DNA of 64,000 nt from Acidobacteriota bacterium (GTDB lineage: Bacteria; Acidobacteriota; Vicinamibacteria; Vicinamibacterales; UBA2999), in contig JBKPDL010000026.1 of the NCBI GenBank assembly GCA_046727855.1, positions 2,343 through 66,342 on the forward strand. The letters run 5' to 3'. Positions 18,448-26,953 of this stretch are shown one piece after another. Made by a program: the position numbers and the translations under genes. Each line of letters begins with the position of its first letter. Positions within the stretch are counted from its first letter, which is position 1. The notes below the pieces were generated by a model. It was not told the origin of the DNA and did not search any database. It worked only from the letters and a program-made list of their open reading frames with translations.

Positions 18448-20346
18448 TTATCTCGTCCCCGCGAATTCCTCGTCGACGACTTCGCCTTCCTTGACCGACG
18501 ATTCGTCGCCGCTCGTTGCAGCACCGGCCGACGGCTGGCTCTGAGTGGCCTTGTAGAGTGCTTCGGCCATCGCGTGCGACGCCTGTTGCAGCTCTGTGGC
18601 CGCCGACCGAATCTTGTCGACGTCTTCGCTCTTCACGGCGTCCTTGGCCGCGGCGAGCGCCGACTCTACACCGCTCGTCTCGGTTGCGCCGAGCTTTGCC
18701 TTGTTCTCGTTGAGCGTCTTCTCGGTCGAATAGATGAGCGCGTCCGCCTGATTGCGCGCCTCGATCTGCTCGCGCCGCGCCTGGTCTTCGGTGACGTGCG
18801 CTTCGGCGTCCTTGACCATGCGCTCGACTTCGTCCTTCGCGAGGCCGCTCGAGCCGCTGATCGTGATCGCCTGCTCCTTGCCCGTCGCCTTGTCCTTTGC
18901 CGCCACGTTCACGATGCCGTTGGCATCGATGTCGAATGAGACTTCGATCTGCGGCAGGCCGCGCGGCGCCGGTGGCAACCCCACGAGCTGGAACCGTGCG
19001 AGTGTGCGGTTATCGCGCGCAAGCGGCCGCTCACCCTGGAGCACGTGCACCTCAACGCTCGTCTGGTTGTCGGTCGCCGTCGAGAAGATCTCGCTCTTTT
19101 TCGTCGGAATCGTGGTGTTGCGCGGGATGAGCGTGGTCATGACGCCGCCGAGCGTCTCGATCCCGAGCGACAACGGCGTGACGTCCAGGAGCAGAACATC
19201 CTTCACTTCACCCGCAAGCACGCCGCCCTGAACCGCAGCGCCGACCGCCACGACTTCGTCGGGATTGACGCCCTTGTGCGGCTCTTTGCCGAAGTACTTC
19301 TTGACGGCCTCCTGCACGCGCGGCATGCGCGTCGAGCCGCCGACCAGCACGACTTCGTCGATGTCCGCTTCTTTCACGCCCGCATCCGCAAGCGCCTGCA
19401 TCACAGGACCCATCGTGCGCTGCACGAGGTCCTCGACGAGCGCTTCGAGCCTGGCGCGCGACAGCTTCATCGCGAGGTGCTTTGGACCTGACGCGTCCGC
19501 GGTGACGAACGGAAGATTGATTTCCGTTTCCATCACGGACGACAGCTCGATCTTGGCTTTCTCTGCCGCTTCGCGCAGCCGCTGCAACGCCATGCGGTCT
19601 TTACCGAGATCGATGCCTTCCGCGTTCTTGAACTCCGAGATGAGCCACTCGACCACGCGCTGGTCGAAATCGTCGCCGCCGAGGTGCGTGTCGCCGTTGG
19701 TGGCTTTGACCTCGACAACGCCTTCGCCGACTTCGAGAATGGAAATGTCGAATGTGCCGCCGCCCAGGTCGTACACGGCGATGGTTTCGTTTTTCTTCTT
19801 GTCGAGCCCATAAGCAAGCGCTGCCGCCGTCGGCTCGTTGACAATGCGCAGCACATTCAGTCCTGCGATCTTGCCGGCGTCCTTGGTGGCCTGCCGCTGT
19901 GCGTCGTTGAAGTAGGCAGGCACGGTGATAACCGCGTCGGTCACTTTTTCGCCAAGATAGTCGTCGGCGGCCTGCTTCAATTTCTGGAGAATCATCGCGG
20001 AGATTTCAGGGGGAGAGAATCTCTTTCCTCGCAGTTCAATCCACGCGTCGCCGTTGGCCTGCGCGACCACTTTGTACGGCACGCGTGACACTTCGGTGCT
20101 GACTTCCGCAAACTTACGGCCCATGAACCGCTTGACCGAGAACACCGTGTTCTCGGGATTGGTCACGGCCTGGCGCTTTGCAACCTGGCCCACCAGGCGT
20201 TCGGCGTCCTTCGCGAATCCCACCACCGACGGCGTGATGCGCGATCCCTCCTGGTTGACAATCACCACGGGCTGCCCGTTTTCCATCACGGCAACGACCG
20301 AGTTCGTTGTTCCCAGGTCGATACCGATCACCTTGCTCTTTGCCAT
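18448..20346 (-). CDS. dnaK: molecular chaperone DnaK (Hsp70)
   Basis: ATG at 20346 gives [28 protein letters not shown] and full-length Hsp70 similarity throughout. Confidence 0.97.
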   Translation of the reverse strand: MAKSKVIGIDLGTTNSVVAVMENGQPVVIVNQEGSRITPSVVGFAKDAERLVGQVAKRQAVTNPENTVFSVKRFMGRKFAEVSTEVSRVPYKVVAQANGDAWIELRGKRFSPPEISAMILQKLKQAADDYLGEKVTDAVITVPAYFNDAQRQATKDAGKIAGLNVLRIVNEPTAAALAYGLDKKKNETIAVYDLGGGTFDISILEVGEGVVEVKATNGDTHLGGDDFDQRVVEWLISEFKNAEGIDLGKDRMALQRLREAAEKAKIELSSVMETEINLPFVTADASGPKHLAMKLSRARLEALVEDLVQRTMGPVMQALADAGVKEADIDEVVLVGGSTRMPRVQEAVKKYFGKEPHKGVNPDEVVAVGAAVQGGVLAGEVKDVLLLDVTPLSLGIETLGGVMTTLIPRNTTIPTKKSEIFSTATDNQTSVEVHVLQGERPLARDNRTLARFQLVGLPPAPRGLPQIEVSFDIDANGIVNVAAKDKATGKEQAITISGSSGLAKDEVERMVKDAEAHVTEDQARREQIEARNQADALIYSTEKTLNENKAKLGATETSGVESALAAAKDAVKSEDVDKIRSAATELQQASHAMAEALYKATQSQPSAGAATSGDESSVKEGEVVDEEFAGTR

Positions 20347-20351
20347 TTGAA

Positions 20352-20435
20352 ATGAGTGCCTCCGATACGTTTTCAAGTTTACGGTCTATATGAGTGCCTG
20401 TCAAGCATAATTTCTTAGTCAATTGCACTCATATA
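20352..20435. promoter_or_regulatory. three ATGAGTGC(C)/GCACTCAT half-sites around the dnaK promoter (CIRCE-like half-sites, non-canonical spacing)
   Basis: Perfect 11-bp inverted repeat TATATGAGTGC (20387-20397) / GCACTCATATA (20425-20435) brackets the -35 element. A third copy, ATGAGTGCC (20352-20360), overlaps the RBS. Confidence 0.55.
20376..20404 (-). promoter_or_regulatory. sigma70-type promoter of dnaK (TTGACA-17-TAAACT)
   Basis: The minus strand reads TTGACA GGCACTCATATAGACCG TAAACT. This is about 30 nt upstream of the GGAGG and ATG of dnaK. Confidence 0.6.
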
Positions 20436-20478
20436 ATTCCCACATCTCCCGGCCGAAGCTTTGTTTGGGCGGCAGAGC

Positions 20479-21381
20479 TTAGAAAAAGTCGGGCGACCCC
20501 TCGAACTGATGGGCTTGCACCGCGGCAGCTAGGTCCCGCGGCGACAGTGGCCCGGCGCTCGTGAGGAATAGGGTGGCCAGATCGGCTGGAATCGACTCGA
20601 AATAACGGTTCACCCTCGCGATCTGCGCCGGACCTTCAGGCCACACTTCATCGACGGCGCCGATCGGCAACGACATGCGTGCAGCCAATGACGCAGGCAC
20701 GAACTTGTCGCGCGCGGCAACAACGTAGACCGGAGTGCCACTGATGGAGGCGGCGGCGGCCAGGCCAAAGGTGCCGACCTTGTTGACCCACGCCTCGCCA
20801 AAGACCGCGTCGGCTCCGACGACGACGGCAGAGGCTTGGGATAGAAACGACGTGAGTGCCGCGTCGACGACGAGCGTGACCTGTGCACCGGCGCGATCCA
20901 TGACATCGGCCAGACGGCGACCTTCGTAGCGTGGCCGTCCCTCCCCGCAGACCACGCGCAGCCGGCGCTTGGCGGCGATCGCGGCGAGCGCGGAGTACAC
21001 GCTGCCGCTGTACGAGAGCGTGATCAGCAGCGGATCGGGATCGTCGAGGAGCAAGTCACGCAGTGCCGCCGATGCAGCCCGCATGAGCGCGCGCGGCGAT
21101 CGCTCGAGTTCGGCGCGCACCAGCGCAAAGGTGCCGGGACGATCGTGCTCGGCGACGGCTGCCGCCGACGCGCGCCAGAGCGGCGCCATGATCGGCTGGC
21201 CACCGCACACAATCCGCGCGATCTCGATGGTCGCGCCGCGTCCGGCGGCAATCGCGTCGGCCAGCAACGGCAATGCACGCGCGAGAAGTTCGGAAGCCCC
21301 GCTTTCGGCATCGCTCGCTATCGCACGCGCGACCGGCAAGAGGTTCCTGAGTTCCGGGGTTCCGGAGTTTCGCAGTTCCAA
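20479..21381 (-). CDS. eIF-2B alpha/beta/delta-like family protein (sugar-phosphate isomerase-like)
   Basis: ITLSYSGSVYSAL...RVVCGEGRPRYEGRRLA...VVVGADAVFGEAWVNKVGT is typical of the IF-2B family. The start is uncertain. The first 14 codons lie in the word-repeat array, and an alternative TTG is at 21339. Confidence 0.65.
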   Translation of the reverse strand: MELRNSGTPELRNLLPVARAIASDAESGASELLARALPLLADAIAAGRGATIEIARIVCGGQPIMAPLWRASAAAVAEHDRPGTFALVRAELERSPRALMRAASAALRDLLLDDPDPLLITLSYSGSVYSALAAIAAKRRLRVVCGEGRPRYEGRRLADVMDRAGAQVTLVVDAALTSFLSQASAVVVGADAVFGEAWVNKVGTFGLAAAASISGTPVYVVAARDKFVPASLAARMSLPIGAVDEVWPEGPAQIARVNRYFESIPADLATLFLTSAGPLSPRDLAAAVQAHQFEGSPDFF

Positions 21382-21480
21382 AGCTCGCCTCTGCCAGATT
21401 CAAGGTACTTCGGAACCTCGAAACGGCGGAACAGCGAACCTCGCCGTCGGATCCCTTGCAACCTTGGCAACCTCGCAAAA
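21338..21480. repeat. intergenic word array: 5 x 8-bp GTTCC units, then 4 x 8-bp GGAAC units
   Basis: GTTCC/GTTTC start at 21343, 21351, 21359, 21367 and 21375. GGAAC/GAAAC/GAACC start at about 21412, 21420, 21428 and 21436. CAACCTTGGCAACCTCGCAA follows. Confidence 0.8.
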
Positions 21481-21583
21481 GGACCGCTTTCTCCGTTCTT
21501 CGTTCCTATTTCGTGCCTGCCCGATGCAATCAGCATGCGCAATTCCGTCAGCGCATGTAACGGTCGGCGCGATAATCGAAATC

Positions 21584-22921
21584 ATGTGGACCCGACGCGC
21601 CTTCCTCGCCGCGGCCGCGTCAGCAGTGACGATCGGCCGTGTCGGAATACCAGCGGCGCAATCGGTCCGCCGCCCGATGATCGACGCGGCGCGATTGCGC
21701 GCCCGCCTCGAGCAGCTGAGCACATTCGGCCGTCCCGTTGGCGGCACGTTTGCGTCCGGCGTCAGCCGCGTCGCCTATTCGGACGCTGACGTCGCAGGCC
21801 GCGCTTGGCTGATGTCCGAGATGAAAGCCGCCGGCCTCACACCCCGGATCGATCCTGCCGGCAACGTGTTCGCCCGATACGGCGGCGCCGACGATCGCCC
21901 TGCGATTCTTTTCGGCTCGCACATCGATTCGGTGCCGTCTGGCGGCAATTTCGACGGCGATCTCGGAACGCTCGCGGCGCTTGAAACGATTCAGGCCTGC
22001 CAGGCAGCCGGGGTGACGACGCGATACCCACTCGAGATGGTGTTGTGGGCGCACGAAGAAAGCACGGCATTCGGCCACGGCACCGCCGCCAGCCGCATCG
22101 TCGCCGGCGATCTCAAGGCCGGCACGCTGACGCAGGAGTGGAACGGTCTGACACGTGCCGACGCGATTCGGCGCATCGGCGGAGATCCGGCGCGCATCGA
22201 AGAGGCGGTCCGCAAGCCGCACGCCTGGCATGCCTATGTGGAATTGCACATCGAGCAAGGTGGAACGCTCGAAAAGGTGTCCACGGCCATCGGCGTGGTC
22301 GAAGGCATTGTGGCGATCCACCGCTATGACGTGGTCATCACCGGCTTTGCCAACCACGCCGGCACGACGCCGATGAACGAGCGGCGCGACGCGCTCGTGG
22401 CGGCCGCTGATATCGTGCGGATGGTGCGCGAGGTCGTCACGTCGCGACCTGGCCGGCACGTCGGCACAGTGGGCCGGCTGGAGGTCGCGCCAAATTCACC
22501 GAACGTGATTCCCGGAAAAGTGACGCTGAGCGTCGAGCTGCGCGATCTTTCGGAGGCCACACTCGACGCGCTGGCCGCGGAGATTCGCGCGCGGGCCGAT
22601 CGAATCGCGCGCGAAACGCAGACGGAAATCGCCATGGCGCTCGCCTCGCGCAACCCACCGGCGCTTGCCCATGGCGGCGTGCAGCAGTGCATCGAACGGT
22701 CCGCCGAGCGCGGGGCGCTCACCACTCGGCGCTTGCCGAGCGGCGCCGGGCACGATGCTCAGATGATTGCCGCGCTCTGTCCCATGGGCATGATCTTCGT
22801 GCCGAGCATTGGCGGCATCAGCCACTCGCCGCTCGAGCGCACCACGTGGGAAGACTGCGCAAACGGCGCAGCTGTGCTGCTCGGCACGATCCTCGAACTC
22901 GATGCGAGGAGTACAATCTAG
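21584..22921 (+). CDS. M20-family Zn-dependent amidohydrolase (allantoate/N-carbamoyl-amino-acid amidohydrolase-like), Tat signal
   Basis: The internal ATG at 21584 gives MWTRRAFLAAAASAV (twin-arginine motif). FGSHIDSVPSGGNFDGDLG, WAHEES and GAGHDAQ are M20/AmaB-like motifs. The upstream part of the 650-aa track ORF is antisense to the previous gene. Confidence 0.85.
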   Translation: MWTRRAFLAAAASAVTIGRVGIPAAQSVRRPMIDAARLRARLEQLSTFGRPVGGTFASGVSRVAYSDADVAGRAWLMSEMKAAGLTPRIDPAGNVFARYGGADDRPAILFGSHIDSVPSGGNFDGDLGTLAALETIQACQAAGVTTRYPLEMVLWAHEESTAFGHGTAASRIVAGDLKAGTLTQEWNGLTRADAIRRIGGDPARIEEAVRKPHAWHAYVELHIEQGGTLEKVSTAIGVVEGIVAIHRYDVVITGFANHAGTTPMNERRDALVAAADIVRMVREVVTSRPGRHVGTVGRLEVAPNSPNVIPGKVTLSVELRDLSEATLDALAAEIRARADRIARETQTEIAMALASRNPPALAHGGVQQCIERSAERGALTTRRLPSGAGHDAQMIAALCPMGMIFVPSIGGISHSPLERTTWEDCANGAAVLLGTILELDARSTI

Positions 22922-22927
22922 CTCGGT

Positions 22928-23410
22928 ATGCGACCGATCTCGCGCTTGCTCATCTCCACGGACGTCGGCGATCTGGGGCAGGAAGTTCGCCGCCTGTTCG
23001 ACGATTTATCGCGGCGCCGGCCGGATCGGCGCCACATGGTGTCTGGCGAATGCATGCCGCTGCTGGACGTGTTCGAGACCGACCGCACGATCGAAATCGT
23101 GGTCGACGTGCCCGGCGTGGATCCCGACAGCGTGCGAATCCTGATCAAGTCGGGCGTCGTGCTCGTGGTGGGAGAAAAGGAACGCTCTGAGCCGGCGTTG
23201 AAAGCGCCGGCCAGTTTTCATCTGGTCGAACGCGACTTCGGCCGGTTTGCCCGCGCCATTCGGATTCATGCCGCCATCGACGCCGCGAATGCGCGCGCGC
23301 GCCTGCGCGACGGCGAGCTGCGCGTGATCGTGGCCAAGATGGCGGAGCGGCGCGGCCGCGAAATTCTGATCCCTATCGAGAAGGATGTGTCCGGACCACC
23401 AGCCGCATGA
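22928..23410 (+). CDS. Hsp20-family small heat-shock protein (second copy)
   Basis: MPLLDVFETDRTIEIVVDVPGVDPDSVRILIKSGVVLVVGEK...ARLRDGELRVIVAK is an alpha-crystallin domain. Confidence 0.85.
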   Translation: MRPISRLLISTDVGDLGQEVRRLFDDLSRRRPDRRHMVSGECMPLLDVFETDRTIEIVVDVPGVDPDSVRILIKSGVVLVVGEKERSEPALKAPASFHLVERDFGRFARAIRIHAAIDAANARARLRDGELRVIVAKMAERRGREILIPIEKDVSGPPAA

Positions 23411-24201
23411 GGCTGCTGTTCATCGGCGATATCGTGGCCCGCCCTGGTCGCGACCTTCTCCGACGCGGGCTCAAACCGCTGATTCGCGCGCGCAACATTG
23501 ACGTTGTCCTGGCTAATGTCGAGAATGCGGCCGGCGGCGCCGGTGTGACGCGCGAGATCACCGACGAAGTGCTTGGCTTCGGAATTCACGCGCTGACGTC
23601 GGGGAATCACATCTGGGACAAGCGCGAGGTGATGGAGTTTATCGGCCGTGAACCGAGACTGTTGCGACCCGCGAACTTCCCTGCCGGAGCACCAGGGGCC
23701 GGCGCGTTCGTGTTCGACGCGCCGAGCGGGGTCACGGTTGGCGTCATCAACGTCATGGGCCGCGTCTTTCTGGCGAGCATCGACGACCCGTTTTCGTGCG
23801 CGACGCGCGAAATCGCACGCGTGCGCAGCCTCGGGGCGCGTATCATCGTCGTGGACATTCACGCTGAGGCAACGTCCGAGAAGATCGCCTTTGGCTGGCA
23901 TCTCGACGGGCAGGTCACTGCGGTCATCGGAACGCATACGCACGTCCAGACCGCCGACGAACGCGTACTGCCCGGTGGCACAGCGTACATCACCGACGTC
24001 GGGATGACCGGAGCGCACGACAGCGTGATTGGGATGGAGCGCATGCCGGTCATCACCCGATTTCTCACTGGACTCCCCGCGCGGATGGAGACCGCAACAG
24101 AAAATCCGCGCCTCAATGCCGTGGTGATCGACGCCGATGACGACACCGGCCGCGCGACGGCCATTGAGCGACTCAACATGAGCCCTGACGAATTGCTGTG
24201 A
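23407..24201 (+). CDS. ymdB: YmdB-like metallophosphoesterase (2',3'-cyclic-nucleotide phosphodiesterase family)
   Basis: MRLLFIGDIVARPGR...VLANVENAAGGAGVT...SGNHIWDK...VVDIHAEATSEK. ATGA overlap with hsp20. Confidence 0.85.
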   Translation: MRLLFIGDIVARPGRDLLRRGLKPLIRARNIDVVLANVENAAGGAGVTREITDEVLGFGIHALTSGNHIWDKREVMEFIGREPRLLRPANFPAGAPGAGAFVFDAPSGVTVGVINVMGRVFLASIDDPFSCATREIARVRSLGARIIVVDIHAEATSEKIAFGWHLDGQVTAVIGTHTHVQTADERVLPGGTAYITDVGMTGAHDSVIGMERMPVITRFLTGLPARMETATENPRLNAVVIDADDDTGRATAIERLNMSPDELL

Positions 24202-25610
24202 GCACACTGTTCGATCTTCCGTTCGAAGAGCCTGATCCCGCTGACGTGCACGTGGAGGAGGCCGCCCCGGCGCCAGTGGCGCCCGTTCGGCGGGTCCTCA
24301 CCGTCGGCGAGCTCACGAACACACTTCGCGAGCTGCTCGAAACGAGATTCGCGGAAGTGTGGGTCGAGGGCGAACTGTCCAACGCCAAGGTGTGGACGAC
24401 AGGACACCTGTATTTCACGCTCAAGGACACGACCGCGCAGATCAAGGGCGTGATGTTTCGCTCGGCGCTGCGCTATCTGAAATTCAAGCCGGAGGATGGG
24501 CTCCACGTCGTCGTGCGCGGACGGATCAGCGTGTACGACCCGAAGGGCGAGTATCAGATCGTCGCCGAGCACCTCGAGCCGAAGGGATTTGGCGCGCTGC
24601 AGGTGGCGTTTGAGCAGCTCAAAAAGAAGCTGACCGCGGAGGGTTTGTTCGACGCCGCGCGTAAGCGTCCGCTGCCCGCGCTGCCGCGCCGCATCGGCAT
24701 TGTGACGTCGATCGACGGCGCCGCGCTGCGCGACATCATTCGCGTCCTGCGCCGCCGCTATCCCAATGCCAACGCCGTGATTGCGCCGTGCCGGGTGCAG
24801 GGAGAAAACGCCGCTGGCGAGATCGTTCGCGCGCTGCGGCAGATTAATCGAGTCGACGCCGTGGACGTGGTGATTGTGGCGCGCGGCGGCGGCTCGCTCG
24901 AAGACCTGTGGGCGTTCAACGAAGAGAAGGTTGCGCGGGCGATCGCGGCGTCGCGCGCGCCCGTCATCTCTGGCGTCGGGCACGAAACCGACGTGACCAT
25001 CGCGGACTTCGTGGCGGATGTCCGCGCCGCCACGCCGTCGGCCGCGGCGGAGATCGTCGTGCGCCGCAAAGACGATTTCTGCGGCCACATCGATCGGCTC
25101 GGCGAGCGCCTCGACGCCGCCATCCACGGCCGAGTGCGCCGGCTGGAGTCGCGGCTGAACATTCTGATGGCGCGACCCGGCTATGCGGGATTCCGCGGCC
25201 GCGTTGCGATGCGCGCCCGCCATATTGCGGAGCTCGCGGCCGCGCTCCGGCAATCGCTCACGTCGACCGTTGGGCGCCGGCAACGGCGTCATCAATTGCT
25301 TGAGCGCGCGCTCGACCAGTTCGACCCGCGCCATCGACTCGCCGCGGTACGGACCAGACTGGTTTCGCGCGAAGGGGCACTCGCGGGTGCCATCGCACGA
25401 CGGTTGCATGTCGTCGACTCGCGGTTTCAGGGTGCGGTGGCGCGCCTCGAGGGACTCAGCCCGCTCGCCGTGCTGGGGCGCGGATATGCCGTTGCCTGGG
25501 ACGCCGCGCGGACACGGATTTTGCGCGATGCGTCCAGCGTTGATGTCGGGGATCAGATTCGCGTCACGCTCGAGCGCGGCGAGCTCGGGTGTCGAGTGGA
25601 GAAGACGTAG
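24198..25610 (+). CDS. xseA: exodeoxyribonuclease VII large subunit
   Basis: GTGA overlap with ymdB. VWVEGELSN (OB fold), GIVTSIDGAALRDI, VIVARGGGSLEDLWAFN. Confidence 0.92.
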   Translation: MSTLFDLPFEEPDPADVHVEEAAPAPVAPVRRVLTVGELTNTLRELLETRFAEVWVEGELSNAKVWTTGHLYFTLKDTTAQIKGVMFRSALRYLKFKPEDGLHVVVRGRISVYDPKGEYQIVAEHLEPKGFGALQVAFEQLKKKLTAEGLFDAARKRPLPALPRRIGIVTSIDGAALRDIIRVLRRRYPNANAVIAPCRVQGENAAGEIVRALRQINRVDAVDVVIVARGGGSLEDLWAFNEEKVARAIAASRAPVISGVGHETDVTIADFVADVRAATPSAAAEIVVRRKDDFCGHIDRLGERLDAAIHGRVRRLESRLNILMARPGYAGFRGRVAMRARHIAELAAALRQSLTSTVGRRQRRHQLLERALDQFDPRHRLAAVRTRLVSREGALAGAIARRLHVVDSRFQGAVARLEGLSPLAVLGRGYAVAWDAARTRILRDASSVDVGDQIRVTLERGELGCRVEKT

Positions 25611-25760
25611 GTCGAGCGGTTCGCAGGGTCGCAGGGTCGGAGGTTAGCAGGTGGGTCGCAGGTGGGCACGTCAGCAGGAACTTGCCTGCAAGCGTGCGCG
25701 CGATCTTGCGAACCTGTGAACCACCTGCCAACCTGCAGACCTGCTAACCTGCAAACCTAT
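25611..25760. repeat. 150-bp inverted duplication of GCAGG words separating xseA from xseB
   Basis: GCAGG/GGAGG start at 25623, 25631, 25639, 25647, 25658 and 25674. The central hairpin is GCAGG-AACTTG-CCTGC. CCTGC/CCTGT start at 25685, 25713, 25724, 25732, 25740 and 25748. The arms mirror each other in both spacing and sequence. Confidence 0.85.
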
Positions 25761-26006
25761 ATGGACGCCACGATCAAAGACTTCGAGGCTGCAATCGCAG
25801 AGCTCGAAGGCATCGTCAAAAAACTGGAGGAGGGCGACCTTCCTCTCGAGAAGTCGCTCGAGCTCTACGAACGCGGTGTGCAGTTGTCGCGCTTTTGCCA
25901 CGCGCGCCTCGAAGATGCCGAGAAACGGATCGAGGTGCTGAACGAACGAGGCGAACTCAAAGCCGCTTCCCCATCGCTCGGGCTCCCCGGAGACGACGAT
26001 CGTTGA
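25761..26006 (+). CDS. xseB: exodeoxyribonuclease VII small subunit
   Basis: ATG at 25761. MDATIKDFEAAIAELEGIVKKLEEGDLPLEKSLELYERGVQLSRFC is canonical XseB. Confidence 0.9.
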   Translation: MDATIKDFEAAIAELEGIVKKLEEGDLPLEKSLELYERGVQLSRFCHARLEDAEKRIEVLNERGELKAASPSLGLPGDDDR

Positions 26007-26953
26007 ACACGGCGACGCTCGAGCAGTATCTGTCAGTCCGGCGCCAGGAAATCGAACAGGCCCTCGACCACTACCTTCCGAAGCCTCCTGATTGTCCGTC
26101 ACTTGTGTACGAGGCGATGCGCTACAGCCTGATGGCCGGCGGCAAGCGGTTGCGGCCGGTGCTCGCGCTTGCGAGCGCCGAAGCGATCGCCGCCAATCAT
26201 CGCGCATCGATCGACACTGCGCGCACGCTGGCTCTTCCGGCTGCCTGCGCGATCGAGATGATTCATACCTATTCGCTTATTCACGACGATCTGCCGGCGA
26301 TGGATGACGATGTGCTGCGGCGCGGACGGCCCACGCTGCATGTGGTGTACGGCGAAGGGTTCGCCATCCTTGCCGGCGACGGCTTGCATGCCGAAGCGTT
26401 TGCGCTGCTGGCGCGCGAACCGAAGAGTGACGCTGCCGTGATCACGGCACGCAAGTTGCGGGTCACGGAACTGATTGCCACGGCGGCAGGAACATTCGGG
26501 ATGGTCGGCGGACAAGCGATCGACCTCGAAGCCGTGGCCCGGGTCCCCGGTCGGGGGCCGGCGCCGCCTCTCGACGAGCGTGCGCTCGAGACGATGCACG
26601 CGCGCAAGACCGGCGCGATCATCCGTGCGGCGGCGGTTGCCGGCGCCACCATGGCGGGCGCAGACGACGCCGAGCTCAGCGCCATCGATCGCTACGCCTC
26701 GGAGGTCGGCCTCGCCTTTCAGATCGTGGATGACATACTCGACGTCGAGGGCGCGTCGGAGGCGCTCGGCAAGACCGCAGGCAAGGATGCAGCCGCCGGC
26801 AAACCTACCTACCCGTCGCTCTTTGGTCTGGAACGCTCACGCCAATTGGCGAACGTCTGTCTAACGCGTGCGCACGCGGCGCTTCGCTCGGCAGCGCTCG
26901 GCGCTTCACGACTCGCCGAGATCGCTGATTGGGTGGTACAACGGCACTCGTGA
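26003..26953 (+). CDS. ispA: polyprenyl (farnesyl/geranylgeranyl) diphosphate synthase
   Basis: The first Asp-rich motif is LIHDDLPAMDDDVLRRG and the second is QIVDDILD. The likely start is TTG 26003, overlapping the xseB stop (TTGA). The track start at 25895 lies inside xseB. Confidence 0.85.
   Translation: MNTATLEQYLSVRRQEIEQALDHYLPKPPDCPSLVYEAMRYSLMAGGKRLRPVLALASAEAIAANHRASIDTARTLALPAACAIEMIHTYSLIHDDLPAMDDDVLRRGRPTLHVVYGEGFAILAGDGLHAEAFALLAREPKSDAAVITARKLRVTELIATAAGTFGMVGGQAIDLEAVARVPGRGPAPPLDERALETMHARKTGAIIRAAAVAGATMAGADDAELSAIDRYASEVGLAFQIVDDILDVEGASEALGKTAGKDAAAGKPTYPSLFGLERSRQLANVCLTRAHAALRSAALGASRLAEIADWVVQRHS

Noticed and set aside
20344-20440. Canonical CIRCE (TTAGCACTC-N9-GAGTGCTAA) or HAIR (CTTGAGT-N7-ACTCAAG) operator at dnaK.
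   Set aside because: The GCACTC/GAGTGC cores are present, but in everted order with 27-nt spacing and without the TTA/TAA flanks. It is therefore reported only as a CIRCE-like variant.
20969-21583. N-terminal 205 codons of the 650-aa track ORF 20969-22921.
   Set aside because: This part is antisense to the eIF-2B-like gene and runs through the word-repeat spacer. It is Ser/Ala/Arg-rich with no motif. A Tat-signal start (MWTRRAFL) at 21584 gives a normal-length M20 hydrolase.
23859-25409. 516-aa minus-strand ORF opposite ymdB/xseA. Similar long antisense ORFs occur at 34866-36302, 38963-40165, 53630-54661, 55593-57245, 58996-60294, 46778-47824, 3308-4720, 4943-5953 and 1866-2849.
   Set aside because: These are typical high-GC shadow ORFs. 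They have Arg/His/Gly/Asp-rich composition and no recognisable motifs. Each lies fully opposite a gene with strong family signatures.
25662-25760. 33-codon N-terminal extension of xseB in the ORF track.
   Set aside because: It is translated from the CCTGC word array. Canonical XseB begins at MDATIKDFE (ATG 25761).
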